A DNA stretch of 64,000 nucleotides, from contig CAYMGV010000001.1 of assembly GCA_964390105.1 (NCBI GenBank), positions 132,088 to 196,087 of the forward strand, read 5' to 3'. The stretch's first letter is position 1. Each line of letters opens with the position of its first letter. The position numbers and the translations under genes were made by a program. This document shows, one piece after another, positions 28,864 through 36,939 of the stretch. The stretch comes from an uncultured Anaerolineae bacterium (lineage in GTDB: Bacteria; Chloroflexota; Anaerolineae; Aggregatilineales; UBA3940). Under the pieces are notes generated by a model. The model did no database searches, was not told the origin of the DNA, and saw only the letters and a list, made by a program, of their open reading frames with translations.

Positions 28864-30761
28864 TGAGTAAACACCTCGCTAATGCGGCTCGCCGGGTAGA
28901 TTTCAAGCATGGCCTCCTCCCACGTCAGGTCACTTTCCTTGTGGTATTCCCAGTAGCGAATGGCAGGCCAGTTGTAACGCCAGCTCGCATCGGACGGCAC
29001 CGGTTCCCAGCCATATATCCATGCAATCTGCGTAAAATCGATATAATACCCGCTGGGGATACTGTCCTTGAAGCGGCCACCGTTGTCATAAGCGGTTACA
29101 TCGCCGCTGCTGCGCGAGGAAAAATCCCAAGGCAGCCTGTGCAGCGGCTCGCCCACAGAACCATCCTGTACACTGGCTCGCACGTAAATGCGCCAGTACC
29201 GCTCCGGCCCCCGTGGGTCGGGCACCACCTCGACCTGAGCCGGGCTGCCTTCGTTGTACGCCTGCGCAATAGCAATGGCCCGGCCAGCCTTATGCCAGCT
29301 TTCGAAATCCTGACCTGGTTCGGCGGGCCGGTCGATCTCCCACCAGGCCTCATCGAGACGTCCGAGGAAATCCCAGCCTGCTTCCTGCGCGATTCGATCT
29401 CGCATCGCCACATACGAGGCATCGACCTGATCACTCAGATACGGGGAATCAACAATGACCCCCGGAAGGCTGAACAGCAGGTAAGGTGCATCACCGCCAG
29501 TTTGGGGTGTCACTACTTCTTCGTAAGCAGGAGGTATTGGTTCATCCTGGGCCAGCAAAATCTCACCCTGGTACGAAACCGGGAATGAGGCCGCACTCCA
29601 ATCCGGGTTTGAGACAGATGACGGCAAGGCAAACACTTGTGATGATGCTGACCATGCGCCGGCCTCCCCCGTCAGCAGCAGGTTGCTGTTAGGCCGATCT
29701 GCGATGAACGCTAATCTCGTGCCACCCGGACTCCATGCAGGCTGACGCCCCTGCCCGATCAGGGATGGGGCGTCAGCTTCTGTGTGTGGATCGATGGAAT
29801 AGACCAGGGAAATGCCGTCCTCTACCACGCGGTACGAAATCCGTGTCCCGTCATCGTTCCATGCAGGGGAATCCTCGCGCAGATCGTCTGTGGCCGTGAT
29901 GTTGCGGGCGCTTTCCTCACTCGGGTTATCGAGTGACATCAAGTAGATATCCTGCTGATGGCCGCGCTGTGAGGTATACGCCAGGTAACGTTGATTCGGG
30001 TTGGGAGACCATACTGGCGCATAATCAGCGCCCGATTGTGTGGTCAGTGGATAAGGCCCCTCGGCCCCGTCTGCACGTATGATATAGATATCCAGATTGT
30101 TATTATAGTAGGCTTCGTATGCAATCCACTGTCCATCGGGACTCCATGAAGGCGCGGATTCATAGGCAAGATTGGCCGTCAAACGCTGGATTTCACCGGT
30201 CTCGACCACCATGATGTACAGTTCCCAGTTGCCATCGCGTCGTGACGAGAACGCAATCCGTGAGCCGTCCGGGCTCCATGCCGGCATGCGATCATCCTCC
30301 AGCGAGGCAGTCAGGCGCACAGGCGCAGCGGAACCCGATGGCAGCGCGTACAAATCGCTTTGCCCCCCCACCAGCAGCGAGAAGATCAGGGTGCCTGAAT
30401 TGCCGGGCAATGCCGGTGCATCGATGACCGCCCCGCTGTCCACGGGGGTATCCCCTCCAATGGCTGACGGTGCGGCACCAACGGTAAAGAAGCGCACGAC
30501 CGGGTTTGCGGCTTCGAGGTTGGTGGACCAAAGCAGGACGGCAACAAATGAGAGGAGCAGAAGTACCACCAGGCTGCTTAGTGAACTGACGCGAGCGGTG
30601 GCCGCCCGGCTGCCTTCATGCTGCGCAGCACCAGCCGGCAAACGAGCGCCGCGCAGCGCCAGCCAACTCTGGGCACGCGGCAGCTGATCACCCAACCATG
30701 CCAGGATGCGTATAAAGAACTGGATGCTTCGATCAATGAGGCGTAGCAACCTGATAATCAT
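28860..30761 (-). CDS. TolB-like beta-propeller (PD40/WD40-like repeats) protein with an N-terminal TM anchor and a C-terminal unknown domain
   Basis: Repeated PAWSPDGSRIAFSSRRDGNWELY, PSWSPDGQWIAYEA, PVWSPNPNQRYLAYTS and PAWSPGGTRLAF. ATGA overlap with the M23 gene. Confidence 0.75.
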   Translation of the reverse strand: MIIRLLRLIDRSIQFFIRILAWLGDQLPRAQSWLALRGARLPAGAAQHEGSRAATARVSSLSSLVVLLLLSFVAVLLWSTNLEAANPVVRFFTVGAAPSAIGGDTPVDSGAVIDAPALPGNSGTLIFSLLVGGQSDLYALPSGSAAPVRLTASLEDDRMPAWSPDGSRIAFSSRRDGNWELYIMVVETGEIQRLTANLAYESAPSWSPDGQWIAYEAYYNNNLDIYIIRADGAEGPYPLTTQSGADYAPVWSPNPNQRYLAYTSQRGHQQDIYLMSLDNPSEESARNITATDDLREDSPAWNDDGTRISYRVVEDGISLVYSIDPHTEADAPSLIGQGRQPAWSPGGTRLAFIADRPNSNLLLTGEAGAWSASSQVFALPSSVSNPDWSAASFPVSYQGEILLAQDEPIPPAYEEVVTPQTGGDAPYLLFSLPGVIVDSPYLSDQVDASYVAMRDRIAQEAGWDFLGRLDEAWWEIDRPAEPGQDFESWHKAGRAIAIAQAYNEGSPAQVEVVPDPRGPERYWRIYVRASVQDGSVGEPLHRLPWDFSSRSSGDVTAYDNGGRFKDSIPSGYYIDFTQIAWIYGWEPVPSDASWRYNWPAIRYWEYHKESDLTWEEAMLEIYPASRISEVFTQ

Positions 30762-30846
30762 GGCGAAATCATAACACGCTCACTACCTGCGCGAAAGTGT
30801 CTATTATCGAGTTGCCCGCCCTTCTTGATCGGAATACCATATCGGT

Positions 30847-31686
30847 ATGAGACGTAACCGGAAGATCAGGCCAATCCAGGTAATTGTTAAAGGAATCGGT
30901 GTGGTGACTGCCGCAGGCATACTGACCCACAGTGCCAGCGCTGCCCAGCATCTGATTCACTACGAAATGCTGCCCGCTGATGACGTTAGGCAGCTTGGCC
31001 TGTTTTATGGAACACCCAGCCGGGAGATATTTGCCGTCAACGAAGAAGACTGGCGCTCCAGTAATTTACTCACCATACCCTTTGATGTCGCCGAGGGCTA
31101 TGTCGGTGCATCCATCCCACCAGGTGCCTACACCATCCGTCCGGGCGACACACTGTACAGCATCGCAGCACGCAGTAAAACGCCCATCGTGATGATCGCG
31201 GCATTTAACGAGATCGAAAATGTTAACGAATTGGAAGCTGGCAGCGAGATCGTCATCCCTAACGAGATCGAACTCCGGCAGATGGAATCAGGAGAGTACC
31301 CCTTACCCGGTGCCCCCTCCCCCACTGTCTATGACGGCAAACAGATTATCGTCGCTCTTTCGCAGCAGCGGACATACGCTTTTGAAGATGGCAAGCTGGT
31401 GCGGTTTTTCCTTGTGTCAACCGGTTTATCGAAAACACCAACCATCCAGGGCAACTATGAGATTTACCGGCAGTTGGAAACGCGCCACATGACTGGCCCC
31501 GGCTACGATCTGCCTGATGTACCCTATGTCAGTTATTTTATTGCTGGCTACGCTTTTCATGGTACCTACTGGCATGAAAATTTCGGGACGCCGATGAGCC
31601 ATGGTTGCGTTAATATGGTGACAGATGAAGCACGCTGGCTCTATGAGTGGGCTGAGATCGGCACCCCGGTCCGCGTGATTCCCTGA
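30847..31686 (+). CDS. LysM-domain L,D-transpeptidase (YkuD family)
   Basis: LysM domain: YTIRPGDTLYSIAARSKTP...LEAGSEIVIP. YkuD catalytic region: YAFHGTYWHENFGTPMSHGCVNM. Confidence 0.85.
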   Translation: MRRNRKIRPIQVIVKGIGVVTAAGILTHSASAAQHLIHYEMLPADDVRQLGLFYGTPSREIFAVNEEDWRSSNLLTIPFDVAEGYVGASIPPGAYTIRPGDTLYSIAARSKTPIVMIAAFNEIENVNELEAGSEIVIPNEIELRQMESGEYPLPGAPSPTVYDGKQIIVALSQQRTYAFEDGKLVRFFLVSTGLSKTPTIQGNYEIYRQLETRHMTGPGYDLPDVPYVSYFIAGYAFHGTYWHENFGTPMSHGCVNMVTDEARWLYEWAEIGTPVRVIP

Positions 31687-31721
31687 CCCCACACGCCAAG
31701 GCAAGGTGTACTGCTGGTAAC

Positions 31722-31950
31722 AGCGGGGATCGACAGGGGGCGAAAGCGGCGACATGCCCCTCTCGACTCGCCGGAGAAGGAGTAAGTCGCCATATTTAGC
31801 GATATGGTGTTGCCCGATCGCCCGGAGAGGGCATTGCCTACTGAGCATAGCGAAGTAGGTCAGTATATCGCTAAGTACTGGAACTAGTTTTCGGCAGCTT
31901 GCTGGCGAAATGTCCCTGAGCCGGGCGCGAAGGGGTAGTTCCAGTACCTG
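31722..31950. ncRNA. Candidate structured RNA of unknown class (hairpin-rich, GC-rich intergenic segment); strand unresolved
   Basis: Four non-overlapping hairpins. (1) 31730-31740/31757-31766, 9 bp plus 1 mismatch. (2) 31788-31795/31802-31809. (3) CCTACT/AGTAGG at 31837-31842/31854-31859. (4) Perfect 12-bp GTACTGGAACTA/TAGTTCCAGTAC at 31875-31886/31936-31947, enclosing two smaller GC-rich hairpins. The segment lies upstream of the consensus promoter at 32011, so it is not that gene's leader. No convincing ORF. Confidence 0.35.
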
Positions 31951-32010
31951 TTAATATCATGATTTACTCATTTTTGACCTAACGCCTTCACACAAACGCC
32001 ACAGACGGCT

Positions 32011-32039
32011 TTGACAGCATCATAGGGAAGACGTATAAT
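32011..32039 (+). promoter_or_regulatory. Consensus sigma70 promoter for the S1-domain gene
   Basis: TTGACA (32011-32016), exactly 17 nt, TATAAT (32034-32039). Confidence 0.75.
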
Positions 32040-32041
32040 CC

Positions 32042-32093
32042 AGCCCGGTATTCGGGCTTTGTTTTGCTTGTTCCCCTTTTTAAAAGCCCGGTA
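32042..32093 (+). promoter_or_regulatory. Leader element: duplicated AGCCCGGTA flanking the complementary CGGGCT and a U-rich tract
   Basis: AGCCCGGTA occurs at 32042-32050 and 32085-32093. CGGGCT at 32053-32058 can pair with either copy. TTTGTTTTGCTTGTT follows the first hairpin, and the SD AGGAG follows the second copy. Confidence 0.3.
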
Positions 32094-32104
32094 GTAGGAG
32101 AAGA

Positions 32105-32809
32105 TTGTCCGTGACTGAAGTAGCAGCAACATCCCTATCAGAGTTACAGCCCAAAATGCAGTTGACCGGCACAGTCAAACGTATTGAGTTGACTGGTGCC
32201 CTGGTGGATATCGGTTTCGAGCAAGATGCGATCTTACTGAATTCCCAGGTAAAGACGCGTGGCGGCGAAACCATCCGCGAGGCGCTGAAGCCGGGGCAGG
32301 AGATCAAGGTCTGGGTTCGCAGTGTGGCAGAGGACGGCTCGGCTGTCGATATCACTATGTTTCGCCCTCCGGAAGTGGAGTGGCGTGACATCGCTGAAGG
32401 CAAGGTCTTCAGCGGCACTGTCACCCGCATCAAGAAGTTCGGCGTTTTTGTCGATATCGGTGCTGAACGTCCGGGCCTCGTCCACATCAGCGAACTGGCC
32501 CACGACTATGTCGAGAAGCCGCAGGATGTCGTTGAGCGTGGTAACGAGGTGCAGGTCAAGGTAATCGGCTTCGACCGCAAGAAGAAGCAGATCGACCTGA
32601 GCATCAAGGCACTCGAGACGCCCCCGATGCAAGAGGTTTACACGAACGACGAAGAACTGCCAACAGCCATGGCCCTTGCGTTCCAGCGTGCACGTGAACG
32701 TAGTGACCCCATGGAAGACGGCAAGCCGTCAAAGCGCAAGCAAAAGCAGGAACAATCGGAAGAAATCTACCGTCGCACACTGGAGCGTCACCAGGACGGC
32801 GAAAGCTAG
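32105..32809 (+). CDS. Tandem S1 RNA-binding-domain protein with a basic/acidic C-terminal tail
   Basis: S1 domain 1: MQLTGTVKRIELTGALVDIGFEQDAILL. S1 domain 2: GKVFSGTVTRIKKFGVFVDIGAERPGLVHISELAHDYV...VQVKVIGFDRKKKQIDLSIK. TTG start at 32105, or GTG at 32111. Confidence 0.8.
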   Translation: MSVTEVAATSLSELQPKMQLTGTVKRIELTGALVDIGFEQDAILLNSQVKTRGGETIREALKPGQEIKVWVRSVAEDGSAVDITMFRPPEVEWRDIAEGKVFSGTVTRIKKFGVFVDIGAERPGLVHISELAHDYVEKPQDVVERGNEVQVKVIGFDRKKKQIDLSIKALETPPMQEVYTNDEELPTAMALAFQRARERSDPMEDGKPSKRKQKQEQSEEIYRRTLERHQDGES

Positions 32810-32849
32810 CGACGACTGTTCTGTATGTTGCTGCGCGTCTGCGGAATCA

Positions 32850-32880
32850 AAGAGGGGTAGTTCACACTCCCCCTCTTTTC
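32850..32880 (+). terminator. Intrinsic terminator after the S1-domain gene
   Basis: AGAGGGG...CCCCCTCT hairpin followed by TTTTC. Confidence 0.6.
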
Positions 32881-32929
32881 CTCGTTTATTCACAGGTTGC
32901 AGAGCCTGGCATCACACTGTATCGCTTCT

Positions 32930-34039
32930 CTATCTCACCAACATCGGCACATACTCATACAGCAGTCCTGTGTAAGAGAGATATATTCCCGCACTAAATG
33001 CTGCCGCTGCAAGGATTATCGCGGCCATTGAGGCGAGACAGCCACCACGTCGTCGGCGTATCTGCAGTTCCTGTGTTGTGATCGAGGCCGGGTCCTCAAT
33101 CTCTGGCAGATCGCGCGCGGTCAGATGTTGTGCCGCACGTATCGGGTTTGCCGTCATCCCCGGTGGGTTCGGACTGGCTGCAGACATTTTTGCGGGCAGG
33201 TTATTGAGGTTGCGCAGGTCGTATGCAAACTCACTGACCGTCTGGTAGCGATCATCGGGCGATTTGGCAAGTGACTGGTAAATAATGCGTTCAAGATTGC
33301 TGGGTATGCCGGGTGCCACCTTTGATGGCTGCGGAAGCGGGTCGTTGACGTGCTTCAATACAATCGCAACCGGGGTATCGGCATCATATGGGACAGCCCC
33401 GGTCACCATCTGGTACAGCACAATGCCCAATGAGTAAATATCGGAACGATGATCGCCTGATTGACCTAACCCCTGTTCCGGTGACATATAGGCTGGTGTT
33501 CCCACCATTGAGCCGCTTGCCGTCATATTAGGGCCGCTCACGATACGAGCGATACCAAAATCGGTCAGCACCACGCGGTTATCGGAATCGATCATGATAT
33601 TGGCGGGCTTGATGTCGCGGTGAACCATGCCACGATCATGCGCGTAGGCCAACGCATCGGCGATGTCGGTTGTGACTTTGATTGCCTCAGAGAGCCTCAT
33701 TGACTCTGATCTGTAGCCGAGTTCGATCAACCGCTGACGCAGAGTCGGGCCGTCAACAAATTCCATGACCATGTAGTACAGGTCGCGGCTGCCGTCGTGT
33801 TCAAAGTCATAGACCTGCACAATGCCGGGATGCTTGAGCCGTGCCACGTTACGCGCCTCACGCTCAAAGCGCTCCTTGAATTCCGGGTCTTCACCAAGGA
33901 AGGGATGAAGCACTTTCAGAGCGACATAGCGATCAAGCGATGAGTGGTACGCTTTGTAGACTTCAGCCATCCCCCCCCGCCCCAGGCGTTCGCGCAGTTC
34001 GTATTTGCCGATGGTTTTTCCAGCCAGATTTTGTGACAC
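32930..34039 (-). CDS. Hanks-type Ser/Thr protein kinase with a C-terminal TM anchor
   Basis: Contains GRGGMAEVYKA, VALKV, HRDIKPANI, DFGIA and GTPAYMSPEQ. The C-terminal hydrophobic helix is ASMAAIILAAAAFSAGIYL. Confidence 0.9.
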   Translation of the reverse strand: MSQNLAGKTIGKYELRERLGRGGMAEVYKAYHSSLDRYVALKVLHPFLGEDPEFKERFEREARNVARLKHPGIVQVYDFEHDGSRDLYYMVMEFVDGPTLRQRLIELGYRSESMRLSEAIKVTTDIADALAYAHDRGMVHRDIKPANIMIDSDNRVVLTDFGIARIVSGPNMTASGSMVGTPAYMSPEQGLGQSGDHRSDIYSLGIVLYQMVTGAVPYDADTPVAIVLKHVNDPLPQPSKVAPGIPSNLERIIYQSLAKSPDDRYQTVSEFAYDLRNLNNLPAKMSAASPNPPGMTANPIRAAQHLTARDLPEIEDPASITTQELQIRRRRGGCLASMAAIILAAAAFSAGIYLSYTGLLYEYVPMLVR

Positions 34040-34056
34040 CGCAGTTTATCCGATCG

Positions 34057-34422
34057 TCATGACGCCGAGTCAGGAATAGTGACGTCTTGGCTTATCTCAT
34101 GCTGGGGGTCTTCTTCATCATAGAACAGCTCCCCCTTTAATGTATAGACACCGGGTTTCGGTTCTGCAGTTTTAACATGCATGATAAACGTCATCTCGCG
34201 ATGAAGCGTTTCAATCACACTGAAGCTGCTTACAACAGAGCCGTCAGGGCCGCGCAATGCAAATGCCAGGTTCGGGCGATCCCGTGGGGTAAACGGCGTC
34301 ATGACCACTCGGACACGGATGCGTCGCAGATCATCGAACACCTCATGCGTGACATGCTCAATGACGATCTCTTCGCGCGGTTTCGGGACAAGGCCCGGAT
34401 CACTGATAAAATTAATATCCAT
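34057..34422 (-). CDS. Hypothetical 121-aa protein
   Basis: ORF lies between the ParB/Srx-like gene and the kinase gene on the same strand. No motif recognised; probably beta-rich. Confidence 0.5.
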   Translation of the reverse strand: MDINFISDPGLVPKPREEIVIEHVTHEVFDDLRRIRVRVVMTPFTPRDRPNLAFALRGPDGSVVSSFSVIETLHREMTFIMHVKTAEPKPGVYTLKGELFYDEEDPQHEISQDVTIPDSAS

Positions 34423-34486
34423 ACACCACCATTATAAGGTTCCGATCTGAACGTATCAAATATCCAAGATGTCCCAACACGGCCAC

Positions 34487-35344
34487 TCATTCATCAAACA
34501 GGAAGGTTGGCTCTGCATAGTAGCGTATCTCACGCTGCTGGAATTTGTGCTGCATCCATGACAGCAGTTCGCTATTTTTCTTCTCCAGTGATTTCGACGC
34601 CGCGAGTTCCTCAAGTGGGTAGTTCAGCCGCAGTGCCCTCCCCTGGATGAGGTGACGCGTAATGCCCGCGGGAACGCGCCAGCCGTTACGTGTCAGCGTC
34701 ACAATCTCATCTGGTTCCATGATGGGAAAGGATACAGCCGCAACAATCTCCGGGTAGGCGCGCATCAATTCTTCCATGTTGTTGGATGCCACGCGATCGA
34801 CCGCCGCCCGCTGGATGTATGCTGCTACGACAGCCTGAAGAAACTCTGTGAGCTTATGGAGATCCATCTGCTCACTGGGAAATGCTGTGACGGTGCCGTC
34901 AGTCCACGTACAGTATCCAATCACCGCGCGCTTTGCGATCAAGGCTTCTGCCTCGGACGGCTCAGTTTCAAACGGCGTTACACCACTCAGTTTGGTTATT
35001 CGCGCAGTCAGATCATCCTTGCTGATCCCCGAAATGGCGTGATGCCAGCTTAGCAGCGTGACGAATGGTTCTCGGTAAGGCACAACCTGCACGATGGCAT
35101 GTCCGATACCCAACAGGTCCAGTGATATTGAGCGGTTGGTGCCGTCAAGAACCATATAATCGACGGAGCCGTCAGAGGCAGGGATTTCAGTGACCAGCAC
35201 CGGACTTTTGAGAATGCTATCCTTTCGCAGTTGTTTTACGAGCGGCGTGGCACGCTGCTCATCGTGAAGCTCATGGGGGATGATACGTCCGACCGGCACT
35301 ATGCGCAGGTCGGGGATATCCTGCGAGGGTTGTTTGCCAGGCAT
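34487..35344 (-). CDS. ParB/Srx-fold protein resembling the SbnI / free-serine-kinase (SerK) family
   Basis: LRIVPVGRIIPHELHDEQRATPLVKQLRKDSILKSPVLV...YMVLDGTNRSISLDLLGIGHAIVQVVPY parallels the SbnI/SerK N-domain pattern (from memory: hHE...R...L...G.L.NPP.V...vLDGaNR...L..LG..h.lVQvV.Y). Confidence 0.6.
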   Translation of the reverse strand: MPGKQPSQDIPDLRIVPVGRIIPHELHDEQRATPLVKQLRKDSILKSPVLVTEIPASDGSVDYMVLDGTNRSISLDLLGIGHAIVQVVPYREPFVTLLSWHHAISGISKDDLTARITKLSGVTPFETEPSEAEALIAKRAVIGYCTWTDGTVTAFPSEQMDLHKLTEFLQAVVAAYIQRAAVDRVASNNMEELMRAYPEIVAAVSFPIMEPDEIVTLTRNGWRVPAGITRHLIQGRALRLNYPLEELAASKSLEKKNSELLSWMQHKFQQREIRYYAEPTFLFDE

Positions 35345-35346
35345 GA

Positions 35347-36321
35347 TTACCTCGATTCGGTGCTGTAGGTCTGGATCAGATTGTGGAGTTCGGCTACGAT
35401 GTCCGCGCGCAATGTTTCAGGTTCAAGCACTTCAACCTGCGCACCCCAGCTGCGTATCCATGGAGTCATTTCGCGTACGTCACCGATGGCAACCTCATAT
35501 TCGATTGTGCTGTCGGCATGTTCATGGATGATCTGTGAAGGATGCCAGATGCGTTCTTTGATATAGCCTGAGACTGACGGCTGAAACAACAGCCGCACCG
35601 TTGTCGTTGGGCCACTTCCGGACATGATCCCCCATGCATCCGCGAGATAGTTCTCCGGGTTAAAGGCTGACGGGATTTCGTAGGTTTCAGGCATCAGTTC
35701 AGTATGTTCGATACGGTCAAACTTAAAGGTGCGTATTTCGTTACTGAGGCTGTCATGACCTATCAGATACAACCCACCGGCACTTGACGGTTCTATGGTG
35801 TATGGACTGATGATACGTTCTTTGCTCGTTTGCGTACGTGCAGATTGATACCAGATACGCACCTGCCTGTTTTCAGCCCAGGCAACCGAGATTTCTTTCA
35901 ATACACGGACGAAACTCTCGTTAACAGGGCGCTTATGAATCGATGCTGCTGTCTGATTGATATAATCCAGCAGAGTATCCGGCAGCGCCGTCGCCAATTT
36001 GGTTAGTGCTGACACAAAGTGCGGGTTTTTCTCGTCGGAATGACGGCTCAGAAGCCGTGCGGCGATATAGAGTGCGATAGCTTCGTGAAAGGATAGTCTT
36101 ACTGTGGCAAGGTATTGATCACGAACGATACCGTAGGTTCCACGTTCCTGCCAGATGGGGACCCCTGCATCATCCAGCAGTTCAAGATCGCGATAAATGG
36201 TACGCCGATTAACCTCACACTGAGCGGCCAGCGTGGTAACCTTCACCCCCGATGGATTGCGAAACAGGATATTTTCAATCTCGCGCAGACGCGCTGCACG
36301 TGTCAGTGATTTGGACATCAC
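35347..36321 (-). CDS. HTH-WYL-WCX transcriptional regulator (YafY/PafBC/BrxR-like)
   Basis: N-terminal HTH: RLREIENILFRNPSGVKVTTLAAQCEVNRRTIYRDLELLDDAGVPI. WYL domain: VRIWYQSARTQTSKERIISPYTIEPSSAGGLYLIGHDSLSNEIRTFKFDRI. Confidence 0.85.
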   Translation of the reverse strand: MMSKSLTRAARLREIENILFRNPSGVKVTTLAAQCEVNRRTIYRDLELLDDAGVPIWQERGTYGIVRDQYLATVRLSFHEAIALYIAARLLSRHSDEKNPHFVSALTKLATALPDTLLDYINQTAASIHKRPVNESFVRVLKEISVAWAENRQVRIWYQSARTQTSKERIISPYTIEPSSAGGLYLIGHDSLSNEIRTFKFDRIEHTELMPETYEIPSAFNPENYLADAWGIMSGSGPTTTVRLLFQPSVSGYIKERIWHPSQIIHEHADSTIEYEVAIGDVREMTPWIRSWGAQVEVLEPETLRADIVAELHNLIQTYSTESR

Positions 36322-36333
36322 GTTTCTCGCTAG

Positions 36334-36858
36334 TCAGGACAAGGAGCCGTCAAAATCGATGATGATCTGATCGTTAATATAGTAGTATCTACCGAACAAT
36401 GGCCCTGCACTATTGTGTGCAAGAATAGCCGGTATCAGCACAGGCAGGTCAGGTACCATCTCATTCAGCGGCAGGTTTTCAATGGGATGCCATTCAAGCG
36501 CACCTTCAACTGAAGCGCTGACCGTATCGGAACTGACGGCACCATGAAATACGAACATGAGTATACCCACTGTATCATGATCGCCGAGTATGTTGACAAC
36601 AGCCTTAAGCGATAACCAGTTAATTATGTCTGTGATGATACCGGTTTCTTCTTCGATCTCGCGGAGTGCCGTCTGCTGAATACTTTCGCCCTTTTCGACA
36701 TGACCCCCTACCCCGTTGTAGCGGTTAGGCCATATTTTTTTTGTCGGCGCACCTTTCAGTAACAGCAGGTGGCTGTCATGTTCAAGGAATATGAGTACGC
36801 GTGGTATTGCCTGGTAACGATCAAGTGATGACGAGATACCTTGTTCCTGTGATGTCAT
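36334..36858 (-). CDS. NUDIX hydrolase
   Basis: Nudix box GVGGHVEKGESIQQTALREIEEETGI (Gx5Ex7REUxEExGU). Confidence 0.85.
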   Translation of the reverse strand: MTSQEQGISSSLDRYQAIPRVLIFLEHDSHLLLLKGAPTKKIWPNRYNGVGGHVEKGESIQQTALREIEEETGIITDIINWLSLKAVVNILGDHDTVGILMFVFHGAVSSDTVSASVEGALEWHPIENLPLNEMVPDLPVLIPAILAHNSAGPLFGRYYYINDQIIIDFDGSLS

Positions 36859-36889
36859 TCCTATTATCCTGTTGATTGCGCGTGTACAA

Positions 36890-36906
36890 CTACAATACTA
36901 TAGTAG
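36890..36906. promoter_or_regulatory. 17-nt imperfect palindrome in the divergent NUDIX/DUF2207 promoter region; candidate operator
   Basis: CTACAATA-C-TATAGTAG with 7 of 8 symmetric pairs. It contains the perfect 8-mer palindrome ACTATAGT (36897-36904). Confidence 0.3.
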
Positions 36907-36939
36907 GCAAAGAACCTATCATGCCAAGAAGAGGAGACA

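Noticed and set aside
31722-31800. Resemblance of GGGGATCGACAGGGGGCGAAAGCGGCGACATGCC...GAGTAAGTCGCC to the 5' part of tmRNA (…UUCGACGGG…GCGAAA…GGUGCAUGCC…UAGUCGCA).
   Set aside because: No tRNA-like 3' end (T arm GGTTCGA.TCC plus CCA) exists anywhere in the 418-nt gap. No acceptor partner for the 5' end is present. The segment is too short. None of the three frames after the putative resume codon gives a tag ending in the usual hydrophobic ...LAA-type sequence. It is kept only as an unclassified structured-RNA candidate.
31426-31848. 140-aa minus-strand ORF covering part of the structured intergenic segment.
   Set aside because: Two thirds of it is antisense to the L,D-transpeptidase gene. 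It has no SD and no recognisable features, so it is probably spurious.
31905-31935. CUGAGCC...GCGAAGG inside the 12-bp-stem element looked superficially like hammerhead core boxes (CUGANGA / GAAA).
   Set aside because: The sequence is CUGAGCC, not CUGANGA, and no matching stem I/III or cleavage-site context is present.
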